A stretch of DNA of 64,000 nt, from positions 668-64,667 of the forward strand of contig JAZDMX010000002.1 in the NCBI GenBank assembly GCA_043800555.1. The letters run 5' to 3'. Shown in pieces: positions 54,872 through 64,000 of this stretch. Source of the DNA: Candidatus Omnitrophota bacterium. Lineage in GTDB: Bacteria; Omnitrophota; Gorgyraeia; Gygaellales; Profunditerraquicolaceae. Numbering within the stretch: position 1 is the first letter of the stretch; every line of letters begins with the position of its first letter. A model generated the notes under the pieces. It did no database searches and had not been told where the DNA came from. It was given only the letters and a program-made list of their open reading frames with translations. Position numbers and translations under genes: made by a program.

Positions 54872-56063
54872 CTAAGCTTATAAAACTCCCCTCGCTTAAA
54901 ATTGTCTTGATTTTGCCCCCTACCTTGATTTGGGAGGCATTTTTAATCACTACTTCATCCGTCAAACGCATGCTTAAACTATAACCGCGGGATAGAACCG
55001 CCAGAGGGCTAAGCGCCTCTAACCTGTGTATTAATGCCCGGGACCTTTCGCGGGAGATATCAATAAACTTGCGCATATTCTGGTTTAAACCAAGCGATAG
55101 GTCATCAACCAACTGCTCTTTTTCATGCAGGCGGTCCAACGGGCTCTTGATCGAATTCCTCAAGGCAATAAGGCCATTTTTAAAAACGCTGATAATATTT
55201 GAAACGGAGAAATCCATTTTGTGGCCTAAGCTGTCAATTTGGGCTAAAATCGAATTTTTCTTATCTACGATTATTTTTGCCGCTGCCGTAGGAGTTTCGA
55301 CAAAACAATCCGCCGTTAAATCGCAAAGGCTCGTGTTTATTTGATGCCCCACCGCGGAAATTACCGGTATTTTCGAATTATAAACTGCCCTGGCCGCAAT
55401 TTCTTCGTTAAAGGACCAAAGGTCTTCGGCGCTTCCTCCGCCGCGGCTGACAATGATAAGGTCAACCCTATTGAATTGATTGAGGTCTTCGACTCCCCGG
55501 GCTATTTCCTCCGCCGCGCCTTCGCCCTGCACGCGCACAGAACGTATTACCACGTCTACGCAAGGCGCGCCTTTCTTTAGTATCCCTAAAATATCGCGAA
55601 TCGCGGCCCCTGATCCGGAAGTAACTACGCCAATCCTAAGGGGCATAAAAGGAAGCTCCCTTTTGTGGGCGGCATCAAACAGCCCTTCTTTATGCAATTT
55701 CTCTTTTAACTGCTCAAAAGCCAGCTGGCGGGCGCCAACACCTTTCGGCTCCATTTTCTCTACAATCATCTGGTATTGCCCGCGCGGGCCATAAACATCG
55801 ATTTTGCCGAAACAAATTACTTTAATCCCATCCTGCAGTTTAAACTTCAACTCCCGGTTTGCCCGGGCAAACATCGCGGCAGCCAAAACAGCCGCGCCAT
55901 CTTTAAGCGAAAAATAAAAATGCCCGGAGGTGGCAACTTTGAAGTTAGAAAGCTCTCCCTCCACCCACACTCCATTGCCAAAGGTGTTTTCAAAGATAAC
56001 CCCGATCTCCCGGGTAACCTGCGAGACTGTATAGATATGTTTATTTCCCGGCGGAGTTAGCAT
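54831..56063 (-). CDS. xseA: Exodeoxyribonuclease VII large subunit
   Basis: N-terminal OB-fold …YTVSQVTREIGVIFENTFGNGVWVEGELSNFKVATSGHFYFSLKD…; about 410 aa. Confidence 0.85.
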   Translation of the reverse strand: MLTPPGNKHIYTVSQVTREIGVIFENTFGNGVWVEGELSNFKVATSGHFYFSLKDGAAVLAAAMFARANRELKFKLQDGIKVICFGKIDVYGPRGQYQMIVEKMEPKGVGARQLAFEQLKEKLHKEGLFDAAHKRELPFMPLRIGVVTSGSGAAIRDILGILKKGAPCVDVVIRSVRVQGEGAAEEIARGVEDLNQFNRVDLIIVSRGGGSAEDLWSFNEEIAARAVYNSKIPVISAVGHQINTSLCDLTADCFVETPTAAAKIIVDKKNSILAQIDSLGHKMDFSVSNIISVFKNGLIALRNSIKSPLDRLHEKEQLVDDLSLGLNQNMRKFIDISRERSRALIHRLEALSPLAVLSRGYSLSMRLTDEVVIKNASQIKVGGKIKTILSEGSFISLVEEVTNDKRKTAA

Positions 56064-57942
56064 CTTTGACAGCCTCCCCTAATTTAGGCCCTTCTGCCTT
56101 AGGCGCCTCTGTTGCTTGCGCTTCTGGTTTTTTCTTCAAAACAATAAGCTCAACCGAATAAGGGCTTAAAGAAAGTTCTTCCTGGTAAGAATCTTGGGCG
56201 GTAATTTCTTTTTCAATAACCGGCTTAAATTCGCAATTCAGGCTGCAGGATGAATCTACCCTAAACAAGCTATAGGAGTAATTTCCCTTAATGTTCTTTA
56301 AATTAAGCTTAAAAACCCGTTTGGCGGTTTTTGCCTCCTCGGCCCTGTCGTAAAGCTCCTTGGCATTCTTCAGTAAACTCTTGACTCTACCGGTGGTAGA
56401 TAAAGCGCCTATTTCCTCGTGTTGCGAAATAATCGTGGAGATCCGGCCAGAGCGGATAATGCCGAGCAGGAATCTACTTTCCTCCGCGTTAAGCCCGGCG
56501 ATATTCTGGGCGATTAACCCCCGCACTATTTCCGGGTCAATGTAATTATAGACCAATATAGCGATTTTTTCCTCCGACTTTGTGGCAATCGCTCCCACAA
56601 ATTCATCGTTAAGCTTAACCGGAAACATATTTTTCTCCAAGCCCTTAAGCATCTTGAAAACATTGTAACTGGCCTTTTGCCCTATGGAATGCCGGGCAGA
56701 GGAATAAAATACTCCCGTGTTCCTGGTCACCCCCTCCTTATTCCCCTGAAAATCCTCCAGGCAAAAATAGAGTTGATTATCCAGTCCCGCTTCGTACATA
56801 TTTTTTATGCGCGCCGGAATATAGCTGGCTGAAATATAAGATTTCTCTTTGCGTTCAGGTATAAGGTTTGCGTGGCGGTCATAGTTCCATTCATCCACGA
56901 TCAAAAAAGTATTTTTGTCAAAGTTAAAATATGTCAGCCAGTCCCGCACAAGGCTGGCGGCGTCTTTCTCATATATGGTATTTTCTTTTTCTGTTTTAGG
57001 GTCGGTAGAAAAACCATGCCAGGTAATAAAATCAAGGCGCAGGCGGTTTTGGTAACAAAATTTAATCAGCGCGTAGATTAAACTCTTTTCCGGGGTTAAA
57101 ACGGTATTGCCCCCCAGGTTATGGAACCAGGAGCTTACCCCGGGAGCGCCGACCGGAATATGAATTTTATACTCGGCCTCCAACTCCTTTACGCTCTCGC
57201 TGGCCAAACGGTATAGATTAAGATAATCCGCCTCTCTGCCCAGGAAGAACCCTTCCAAGTCCGGGGCATTCCAGAGTTCATACCAAATATTATACTTTTT
57301 ATCACAGCTTAAATCTTTGATTACGCTTTTTACCAAATTTTTATAAGCTGCTGAATTTAACGGTCCGCTGTTTTTATCCAAAACCTTCCCCATGCCCGCG
57401 GGCATGCCGCATAAATCCAGGATAACCGTCCCTCCGGAATCGCTTATATTCTTGATGATGGCGTCGTAGGCGGCTAGCATTTTATCTTTGGCTGCCGGAT
57501 CCTTCTCAAGCTGGGTGATCTCCCAAAGGTTAAACTGAATACGGTAGAATCCGTTAAAACCGATATCTTTTTGCCAGGCGCCCAGGGCTTCTTTTGAGGC
57601 CAGGCTTTGCGGCCAGGCATTGTCGGGATTAAAGCCCCTGCCGCTTAAATCAAGGTTGGGTTTAAATATTCCGGGGGTAGGCAGGGTATTGGAATTTATA
57701 TCTATGGTTAATTCGAGATCGTTTGCCGTTTGAGCAAAGGCCAAAGAACAAATGCCCGCATTCAAAATCCATAATAACGCTAAAACGCAAATACCGGACC
57801 TGGTTACCGTTGGCCCGGAGGCCGGCCAAGCGCGGCAAAAAAGCCAAAGCCTAAAAACCCGCAGGCAGCTGGGCCGGTTTACGGGGCTTGCGGCGGCGGC
57901 TCCCCGCAACAACGCTTCAGTTTTGGGCTGGGGGTTATTCAT
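56041..57942 (-). CDS. Secreted TIM-barrel glycoside-hydrolase-like protein (GH5/GH39-like motif)
   Basis: 633 aa; N-terminal signal/anchor; …YNIWYELWNAPDLEGFF… resembles the GH5/GH39 (W)ELWNEP block; family not resolved. Confidence 0.45.
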   Translation of the reverse strand: MNNPQPKTEALLRGAAAASPVNRPSCLRVFRLWLFCRAWPASGPTVTRSGICVLALLWILNAGICSLAFAQTANDLELTIDINSNTLPTPGIFKPNLDLSGRGFNPDNAWPQSLASKEALGAWQKDIGFNGFYRIQFNLWEITQLEKDPAAKDKMLAAYDAIIKNISDSGGTVILDLCGMPAGMGKVLDKNSGPLNSAAYKNLVKSVIKDLSCDKKYNIWYELWNAPDLEGFFLGREADYLNLYRLASESVKELEAEYKIHIPVGAPGVSSWFHNLGGNTVLTPEKSLIYALIKFCYQNRLRLDFITWHGFSTDPKTEKENTIYEKDAASLVRDWLTYFNFDKNTFLIVDEWNYDRHANLIPERKEKSYISASYIPARIKNMYEAGLDNQLYFCLEDFQGNKEGVTRNTGVFYSSARHSIGQKASYNVFKMLKGLEKNMFPVKLNDEFVGAIATKSEEKIAILVYNYIDPEIVRGLIAQNIAGLNAEESRFLLGIIRSGRISTIISQHEEIGALSTTGRVKSLLKNAKELYDRAEEAKTAKRVFKLNLKNIKGNYSYSLFRVDSSCSLNCEFKPVIEKEITAQDSYQEELSLSPYSVELIVLKKKPEAQATEAPKAEGPKLGEAVKDANSAGK

Positions 57943-57944
57943 CT

Positions 57945-58730
57945 TTATTCCTGCAGCTTCCTTTTTATCCTCTCGATAGACCTTGCCCTGCCGGTTTCTC
58001 CGTCAATATCTAAAACCGCGCCGCACAACTGGACATCGCCTTCAGCTACTTCAAATCTCACCGGTATGCCCGTAATAAACCTCTCCAGGACATTCTCCGC
58101 TTTTCTTCCGATAACCGAATCATACGGGCCGCACATGCCCGCATCGGTCAAATAAGCCGTCCCTTGCGGCAATACTCTTTCATCCGCGGTCTGGATATGG
58201 GTATGCGTGCCTAAAACTGCCGAGACTTTGCCATCCAGATACCAGCCTAAAGCCACTTTCTCGGAGGTAGCTTCAGCGTGAACATCCACTATAATTATTT
58301 TTGTTTCTGGAAAGAGTTCATTCCGGGCGTTAAGCGCTGCCTTAAACGGGCAATCCAACGCCTCCATAAAAACCCGGCCATTAACATTAATTACTCCGAT
58401 TTTATCGCCTGTTTTAGACCTGAATACCCCGCTCCCCTTGCCGGGAGAAGACGCGGGAAAATTTACCGGCCGCAGGATCCTTTTTTCGCGGCTTATCAAC
58501 TCAAATATTGCGCTCTTTTTCCAAATATGGTCGCCCGAAGTAATAACGTCAACCCCGGAGGCGAATAATTCATCCGCTACCTTAGGGACAATCCCGGAAC
58601 CGCCGGAAGCATTCTCGGCATTGGCAATAACAAAATCCAGGGAATATTCTTCCTTTAGTCCCGGTATAAGCTTATTAACCGCCCTTCTTCCGGGGCTGCC
58701 GACTATATCGCCGATAAACAGGATTTTCAT
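57945..58730 (-). CDS. YmdB-like metallophosphoesterase (TIGR00282 family)
   Basis: MKILFIGDIVGSPGRRAV…; downstream of rny, as in many bacteria. Confidence 0.8.
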   Translation of the reverse strand: MKILFIGDIVGSPGRRAVNKLIPGLKEEYSLDFVIANAENASGGSGIVPKVADELFASGVDVITSGDHIWKKSAIFELISREKRILRPVNFPASSPGKGSGVFRSKTGDKIGVINVNGRVFMEALDCPFKAALNARNELFPETKIIIVDVHAEATSEKVALGWYLDGKVSAVLGTHTHIQTADERVLPQGTAYLTDAGMCGPYDSVIGRKAENVLERFITGIPVRFEVAEGDVQLCGAVLDIDGETGRARSIERIKRKLQE

Positions 58731-58756
58731 ATTTTTACGGGCCTATAGGCTAGCGC

Positions 58757-60313
58757 CTATTTTGCGTACTCTATCGCCCTTGTCTCCCTTATTACCGTAA
58801 CCTTGATCTGCCCGGGGTATTCCATCCCTTCCTCTATCTTTTTGCGGATGTCTCTTGCCATATTAGTCGCTTCGGCATCGGATACTTTCTCCGGCTGGAC
58901 AATCACCCGGATCTCCCGGCCTGCCTGTATGGCAAAGGATTTTTCTACTCCTTTAAACAGGTTGGCAATCGACTCTAATTTCTCCAGCCGCTTAACGTAA
59001 GTTTCCAGGGTTTCCCTGCGCGCGCCCGGACGGGCTGCGCTGATGGCATCGGCTGCTATGGCCAACACCGCGTAAATGCTCTGCGGAGCAGACTCCTCAT
59101 GATGGGCTTCAATCGCCGCGACGACTTCCGGAGACTCCCCGTATTTCCTGGCCAGTTCCGCTCCAAGTTTGGCGTGCGTGCCTTCAACCTGATGGTCAAC
59201 TGCCTTGCCTATATCATGCAAGAGCCCGATCCGGCGGGACAGTTTAAAATCCAAGCCCAGTTCCGAAGCCATAGACCCCAACAAAAACGCCGCTTCTTTA
59301 GAGTGCTGCAGGGCGTTCTGGCCGAAACTCGTCCGGTATCTCAAGCGGCCGAGCAATTTAATTATCTCCGGATGCAAACCATTCACCCCGGCCTCAAACG
59401 CCGCGCGCTCTCCTTCCTCGCGGATCTTCTCGTCCATCTCCTTCTTGGTCTTTTCAACGATTTCTTCGATTCTTCCCGGGTGTATCCTGCCGTCGGCAAG
59501 CAGCTTTTCCAGGCTCAAACGGGCAATTTCACGGCGCACAGCGTCAAAAGCGGAAATCGTAACTGCTTCCGGGGTATCGTCAATGATTACATCCACCCCC
59601 GTGGCCATCTCCAAAGCGCGGATATTCCTTCCTTCGCGGCCTATAACACGGCCTTTCATTTCATCGTTAGGTAAAGTTACAACGCTCACCGTAGATTCCA
59701 CCGTATGCTCGGCGGCGCATTTCTGTATAGCAAGGCTCAAAATCTCCCTGGCTTTTTTGTTGGAGGCGCTGCGGATTTCTTCTTCCTGTTTCTTAATCAA
59801 AACCGCCTTTTCATTGTTTAGTTCTTCGTTCATCCGGCTAAGCAAAATCTGTTTTGCTTCCTCTGCCGAAAGCGTCGAAATCTTCTGCAACCTTTCTTTT
59901 TCTTCGGCAATCAAAGAATGCAGCTGGGAATCTTTGGCTTTAATCGCTTCTTCCTGCTTTCTGATATTATCATGCTTTGCTTCAAGCTCTTTTTCCTTCT
60001 TCTCCAAGAGATCGAGCCTTCGGTCGATGTTCTCTTCTTTCTGCGAAAGCCTTTTCTCCATATTGGAGATTTCCTGGCGCCTGTCTTTTGTCTCGCGTTC
60101 AAAATCCTGGCGTATACGGTATAATAAATCTTTTGCTTCCAGCTCCACTTCACGGCGCTTGTCCTGGGCCTCTTTTTTGGCCTGCTCCAGGATATGCTGC
60201 GCCTTGGCTTCGGCATCCTGTATTTTCTTTTCAGCCACCTGCTTCCGGAAAACGTAACCTGCCAAAACAGAAACGCAAGCAACTGCTAAAGATATGAATA
60301 TAGTTAATAACAT
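58757..60313 (-). CDS. rny: Ribonuclease Y
   Basis: N-terminal TM, coiled-coil, KH region (…VTLPNDEMKGRVIGREGRNIRALE…), HD domain (…LLHDIGKAVDHQVEGTHAKLGAE…). Confidence 0.9.
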   Translation of the reverse strand: MLLTIFISLAVACVSVLAGYVFRKQVAEKKIQDAEAKAQHILEQAKKEAQDKRREVELEAKDLLYRIRQDFERETKDRRQEISNMEKRLSQKEENIDRRLDLLEKKEKELEAKHDNIRKQEEAIKAKDSQLHSLIAEEKERLQKISTLSAEEAKQILLSRMNEELNNEKAVLIKKQEEEIRSASNKKAREILSLAIQKCAAEHTVESTVSVVTLPNDEMKGRVIGREGRNIRALEMATGVDVIIDDTPEAVTISAFDAVRREIARLSLEKLLADGRIHPGRIEEIVEKTKKEMDEKIREEGERAAFEAGVNGLHPEIIKLLGRLRYRTSFGQNALQHSKEAAFLLGSMASELGLDFKLSRRIGLLHDIGKAVDHQVEGTHAKLGAELARKYGESPEVVAAIEAHHEESAPQSIYAVLAIAADAISAARPGARRETLETYVKRLEKLESIANLFKGVEKSFAIQAGREIRVIVQPEKVSDAEATNMARDIRKKIEEGMEYPGQIKVTVIRETRAIEYAK

Positions 60314-60439
60314 AGGGTTCTCCTCCTGTAAGATTATCCCATATATTTTTCAAGAGCTACCGCACAAGTTGGCTAAAGCGGGATTAATCTGCGCAGCCTT
60401 ATCTTTTTTAATCTGTGTAACCGGATTTAGAAACTGTTT

Positions 60440-61045
60440 TTAGGCGAAGAGCACTTTTTTGACGCTTACATCGTGGGAGACAGTAGGAACAGCGGGCAAG
60501 ATTTGCAGTTGGAATGCCAAACCAATAGAAGGAGTATCCTTGGGTAGCTTGCTTAGGAAGCGGTCATAATAACCTTTGCCCCGGCCCAGCCGGTTGCCTT
60601 TTTTATCAAAGGCGACTCCCGGGATAATTACCAAATCCAGGTCTTTGGGCTTAATAAACCTGCTTATGACAGGCTCCGCTACCCCATAAGGTCCTTTTCT
60701 TAAGTGGGCATGGCTATCTAATATAGCCGGCCTTAAGGACGTTCTATTTTCCACGCAAACTGGCACGGCAATAATCTTGCCTAATCTTTTCGCTGATTCT
60801 ATCATTTCTCTTGTTTCCACTTCGCCTTTTATCGCGATGTAAAACATAACTTTTTTCGCTTTTCTAAAAACCTTCTGCCTTAAAAGCCTGTTCTTGATTA
60901 ACCGGCTCCTCCTTTTACGCTCACCCTCCTCCTGATTTTTGAGCTTAAGTAAAATTCTACTACGCAATTCCTGCTTTGTCAACCCCGCGGTTCTACCCAT
61001 CCTACAAACAGGCCTCTCCCTCATGTTTATGCTCCTTGGAATCAA
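60440..61045 (-). CDS. 5-formyltetrahydrofolate cyclo-ligase
   Basis: …IIPGVAFDKKGNRLGRGKGYYDRFL… The start is probably an internal Met near 61000, which would avoid the overlap with the upstream gene. Confidence 0.7.
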   Translation of the reverse strand: MIPRSINMRERPVCRMGRTAGLTKQELRSRILLKLKNQEEGERKRRSRLIKNRLLRQKVFRKAKKVMFYIAIKGEVETREMIESAKRLGKIIAVPVCVENRTSLRPAILDSHAHLRKGPYGVAEPVISRFIKPKDLDLVIIPGVAFDKKGNRLGRGKGYYDRFLSKLPKDTPSIGLAFQLQILPAVPTVSHDVSVKKVLFA

Positions 61046-61439
61046 AAGGGACGGGCTTGCCCTGCCGGGTATAATAATCTTTTAACGCTGAACGCAAGGC
61101 CTCTTCCGCCAGGACCGAACAATGCATCTTAATCGCCGGCAGTCCTCCCAATGCTTCAACAACCGCCTTATTGGTAATCTTCAACGCTTCGGAGATTGGC
61201 TTACCTTTGACCATCTCCGTAACTATGGAACTGGTGGCAACCGCAGCTCCGCAGCCAAATGTCTTAAATTTTACGTCCACGATTATGTCGTTTTCTATTT
61301 TAAGGAACATCTTCATTACGTCGCCGCAGATAGGATTCCCGACGGTGCCGATGCCGCTGGCATCGGGGATCTCTCCGACGTTGCGCGGATTTTTAAAGTG
61401 GTCCATCACTTTTTCGCCATAAGGCGGTTGTTCTGCCAT
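61002..61439 (-). CDS. IscU/NifU-like Fe-S cluster assembly scaffold
   Basis: …GNPICGDVMKMFL…FGCGAAVATSS…HCSVLAEEAL… (three conserved Cys blocks). Confidence 0.8.
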   Translation of the reverse strand: MAEQPPYGEKVMDHFKNPRNVGEIPDASGIGTVGNPICGDVMKMFLKIENDIIVDVKFKTFGCGAAVATSSIVTEMVKGKPISEALKITNKAVVEALGGLPAIKMHCSVLAEEALRSALKDYYTRQGKPVPFDSKEHKHEGEACL

Positions 61440-61440
61440 T

Positions 61441-62094
61441 TTATTTACGCATTGCTAATTTATGAGGCTTAACTGATTTCTGAAAATCTTTAGGCCCCCG
61501 GATTTCTTTTAATGTCTCCAGCCTTTTGCGCTTCTCTAATTCTTTATAGATCAAAATCCAGGCACAGTCTTTATCTTTATCTACTTCGCATTTTCCTTTA
61601 TTCATACCGCCGCAAGGCCCGTTAAGCAGGCCTTTGGCGCAAAGCGTAACCGGGCAAATTCCGCCGGTCAGATGCAAAACGCACTCTGCGCACAAAGAAC
61701 ATTTCTCGTAGAAATCCCCTTTGGCGTCAACTACCGCGCCAAAAATAGTATCGCAGGCGGGAAAAACCGCTAAGCCCAGCCTGTCGTTATCCTTAAAAGA
61801 CTGCGCCCCCAATCCGCAGGATAAAACCAAAACCGCTTCGGACTGGCGTAAAAAAAGCGTATTCTTGGCTAATTCGGCCTTAAGCTTAGCTGCCACGCAA
61901 GGGGCAGAAGGTATGCAATAGCCTGTGATTATCTTGCCTGCGGCCTCCAAATCCTTTTTCATTTTGAGGATTTCCGGCTCGCCCCCGGTCTTGCAAGTAG
62001 TGGCGCATTCGCCGCAACCCACTAAGAAAATCTTAGAATAGCCTTTTAAGCTATCTATAATGCCCTGAAGAGGTTTTAGCTCTGTTATGATCAT
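61441..62094 (-). CDS. Methylene-tetrahydrofolate reductase C-terminal-domain-like (Cys-rich zinc-ribbon) protein
   Basis: 217 aa with many Cys (…GCGECATTCKTGG…CPVTLCAKGLLNGPCGGMNKGKCEV…), matching the MTHFR_C-like family. Confidence 0.55.
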   Translation of the reverse strand: MIITELKPLQGIIDSLKGYSKIFLVGCGECATTCKTGGEPEILKMKKDLEAAGKIITGYCIPSAPCVAAKLKAELAKNTLFLRQSEAVLVLSCGLGAQSFKDNDRLGLAVFPACDTIFGAVVDAKGDFYEKCSLCAECVLHLTGGICPVTLCAKGLLNGPCGGMNKGKCEVDKDKDCAWILIYKELEKRKRLETLKEIRGPKDFQKSVKPHKLAMRK

Positions 62095-62146
62095 ATAAAA
62101 ATTTTACCACTATTTAAAGGCCGGGGCAAGGAAAATATGGGCGGGG

Positions 62147-64000
62147 CTAATACTCTTCTTTGTCGCGAAAATACTCTCGCATCATTCTTAAGAATTCTTT
62201 ATCTGTCGCGCTTTCTTTGCCGGCATCCCCTTGGAATTCATCGCAACCTGCGTCAAATTCATTCCCTGTATCTTCAATCTGGAGAAGCTTATCCATCCCG
62301 GCTTCATCCAGAAAACGCGAAACCTGCGTAAGTACCGGGCCGCCTCCATCCAGGAAACTTCTGGGGTTCCGGTCAACATGCGGTTTAAGCAAAAACAATT
62401 TTTCCTTCGCCCGGGTTGAAGCAACATAAAAAAGCCGGCGCTCTTCTTCAATCCCTTCTTCATCCTCCAGGGAGCGATAAGAAGGCAGATGGCCTTCGGC
62501 AACATAAATCAGAAAAACCGTGTGCCACTCCAGGCCTTTAGCCGAATGAATCGTGGAGAGCGTAAGAGCGGGGTCATCTTTATCTTTTGACCCTGCCTCG
62601 GCAAGAGAACGCTCCGGAGGCTCCAAAGCCATATCGGTCAAAAATTGCTCCAGCGACTTGTAGCGCGAGGCAATCCGCAGAAGCGAATCCAAATCATTAA
62701 TCCTCTTATGAAAATCATCATATTTATTTTTAAGCAAAGGCTGATAATACTCCAAGAATGCCCCGATTATCTTGGCTGGGCCTTGTTTAGCGGAATCAAT
62801 ATCCTTCAAAATGCCAAAAAGCTTATTCACCTCTTCCTTATTCTTCCCGGGAGCCGCTTGAGGCGCGCCTTTATCCAGGACAAACGCATTAATTATTTTC
62901 TCCGCGCTCCTGGGCCCTATGCCGGGTATTAAAAGCAGGGCGCGCAACCAGCTTACCTGATCGGCGCAGTTATAGACGATGCGCAAATAAGAGATTACGT
63001 CTTTAATGTGCGCTGCCTCGACAAATTTCTGGCCGCCGTATTTTACGAAAGGAATGTTGCGGCTGGCTAATTCCACCTCCAGGTCATTAGAGTGCCAGCC
63101 CGAGCGGAACAAAACCGCCATATCCTTTAATTCGACCCCCTCTTCCCTTAGCTCCAGGACCTTCTTGGCGATATAACGGGATTGGGCGTTTTCATCCTCA
63201 GCGTCGACAAAAATCGGCTGCTGATCCCCCTTCTTCCTGGTGTAAAGATTCTTCTCAAACTTCTCTTTCGCTCCCCTGATTACTTCATTAGTCAGGTTCA
63301 GGATTGGCTGGGTCGAACGGTAATTCTCCTCGAGGGTTATAATTTCGGTATCTTTAAATAGCCGGGGGAAATCCATGATATTCCTGAAGTTCGCGCCTCT
63401 AAAAGAGTAAATGCTCTGGGCGTCATCTCCGACAACCATAATATTCTTATGCTCTGAGGCCAGTAAACAGGCAATAAAGGCCTGCAGTTTATTGGTGTCC
63501 TGGTATTCATCAACCATAATGTATTTGTATTGCCGGGAAAGCGAAACCCGCGCTTCTTCGTGGTCGGTTAAAAGTTTCTTCAGGTAAACCAAAAGGTCGT
63601 CATAGTCTAAAAGCGATTTTTCAACTTTGTATTTGTGGTATGCGGCCCTGATCTTTTTAATCTCTTCGCTGAATTCCAAGAATTGCGGATACTCCTCATA
63701 CAGGATATCTTCTAACTTCTCGGATTTATTGACGCTTTTAGAGATTACTTCCAGGATGGCCCTTTTGCGGGGAAAACGTTTTTCGCTCTTATTAAAACCC
63801 AGCTGGGTGCGGATGAGATTGATTGTATCTGCGGCGTCAGATTCATCGAGAATGGAAAAATTATTGGATAAGCCCAAAACCTTCGCGTATCTTCTAAGGA
63901 TGGCGTTGGCAAATGAATGGAATGTGCCTCCGCTGACCCTTGAACAACGTTCATCCAAGAGTAAACTCGCCCGGCGCAGCATCTCTTCGCTGGCCCTGCG
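62147..64000 (-). CDS. UvrD/PcrA/Rep-family DNA helicase, partial (N-terminus beyond window end)
   Basis: …VDEYQDTN…AVLFRSGWHSNDLE…VHSAKGLEWHTVFLI…LFYVASTRAKEKL… (SF1 motifs II to VI). Walker A is absent because the ORF continues past 64000. Confidence 0.8.
   Translation of the reverse strand, partial: RRASEEMLRRASLLLDERCSRVSGGTFHSFANAILRRYAKVLGLSNNFSILDESDAADTINLIRTQLGFNKSEKRFPRKRAILEVISKSVNKSEKLEDILYEEYPQFLEFSEEIKKIRAAYHKYKVEKSLLDYDDLLVYLKKLLTDHEEARVSLSRQYKYIMVDEYQDTNKLQAFIACLLASEHKNIMVVGDDAQSIYSFRGANFRNIMDFPRLFKDTEIITLEENYRSTQPILNLTNEVIRGAKEKFEKNLYTRKKGDQQPIFVDAEDENAQSRYIAKKVLELREEGVELKDMAVLFRSGWHSNDLEVELASRNIPFVKYGGQKFVEAAHIKDVISYLRIVYNCADQVSWLRALLLIPGIGPRSAEKIINAFVLDKGAPQAAPGKNKEEVNKLFGILKDIDSAKQGPAKIIGAFLEYYQPLLKNKYDDFHKRINDLDSLLRIASRYKSLEQFLTDMALEPPERSLAEAGSKDKDDPALTLSTIHSAKGLEWHTVFLIYVAEGHLPSYRSLEDEEGIEEERRLFYVASTRAKEKLFLLKPHVDRNPRSFLDGGGPVLTQVSRFLDEAGMDKLLQIEDTGNEFDAGCDEFQGDAGKESATDKEFLRMMREYFRDKEEY

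Noticed and set aside
59205-60257. 350-aa plus-strand ORF (Ser-rich, low complexity) and neighbouring plus ORFs 59099..59674 and 59977..60297
   Set aside because: Antisense to the well-supported RNase Y gene (HD and KH motifs on the minus strand); compositional artefact.

Overview
This 64-kb window is almost entirely coding on the minus strand and splits into three parts. (1) Positions 1-18701 are a single unbroken minus-strand reading frame of at least 6,233 codons: the 5' end of a giant gene whose 3' end lies beyond the window start. Its product has an N-terminal signal-anchor, a papain-like (C39-type) Cys/His peptidase motif, tandem Gly-zipper repeats, SF2/DEAD-like ATPase motifs (GGGKT, DEFH), an HExxH motif and a Ser/Gly-rich tail. 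(2) Immediately upstream on the same strand is a complete Tad/Flp tight-adherence pilus locus (about 20.6-36.4 kb): a PrsA-like PPIase, CpaB, a CpaC secretin fused to a TonB C-terminal domain, a CpaE-like/CpaF ATPase fusion, a DUF192 protein, an HTH/coiled-coil protein, nine Flp-type pilin genes (seven in tandem, with long Ser/Thr-rich tails), TadE/F/G-like pseudopilins, TadB and TadC, followed by an OprB-like porin. (3) The remainder is a mixed accessory/housekeeping region: a plus-strand FIST / histidine kinase / REC-GGDEF operon, tRNA-Glu, tRNA-Leu and tRNA-Gln, a cation antiporter-like membrane protein, a UPF0748 glycosyl-hydrolase-like lipoprotein, an NlpC/P60 peptidase, a GIY-YIG protein, a HEPN/MNT toxin-antitoxin pair with a perfect palindromic operator, then gltX, a four-subunit 2-oxoacid:ferredoxin oxidoreductase, dxs, xseBA, a GH-like secreted protein, a YmdB-like phosphoesterase, rny, 5-formyl-THF cyclo-ligase, an IscU/NifU-like scaffold, an MTHFR C-terminal-domain protein and a partial UvrD-like helicase. 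Overlaid on this is a family of seven nearly identical about 65-bp palindromic hairpin elements (perfect 24-bp arms AAAAGGGGGACGTTTCTACTTTTC / GAAAAGTAGAAACGTCCCCCTTTT) in intergenic positions. Two copies, plus an inverted about 40-bp module carrying an ATG, bracket the porin gene, and one is embedded in-frame at the 5' end of the NlpC/P60 gene. The best candidate for a novel system is the pairing of the giant multidomain surface protein with the expanded Tad/Flp pilus locus, decorated by the hairpin-repeat family. The organism is probably an uncultivated bacterium; the gene content is reminiscent of small-celled epibiotic or predatory lineages, but that cannot be established from sequence alone.
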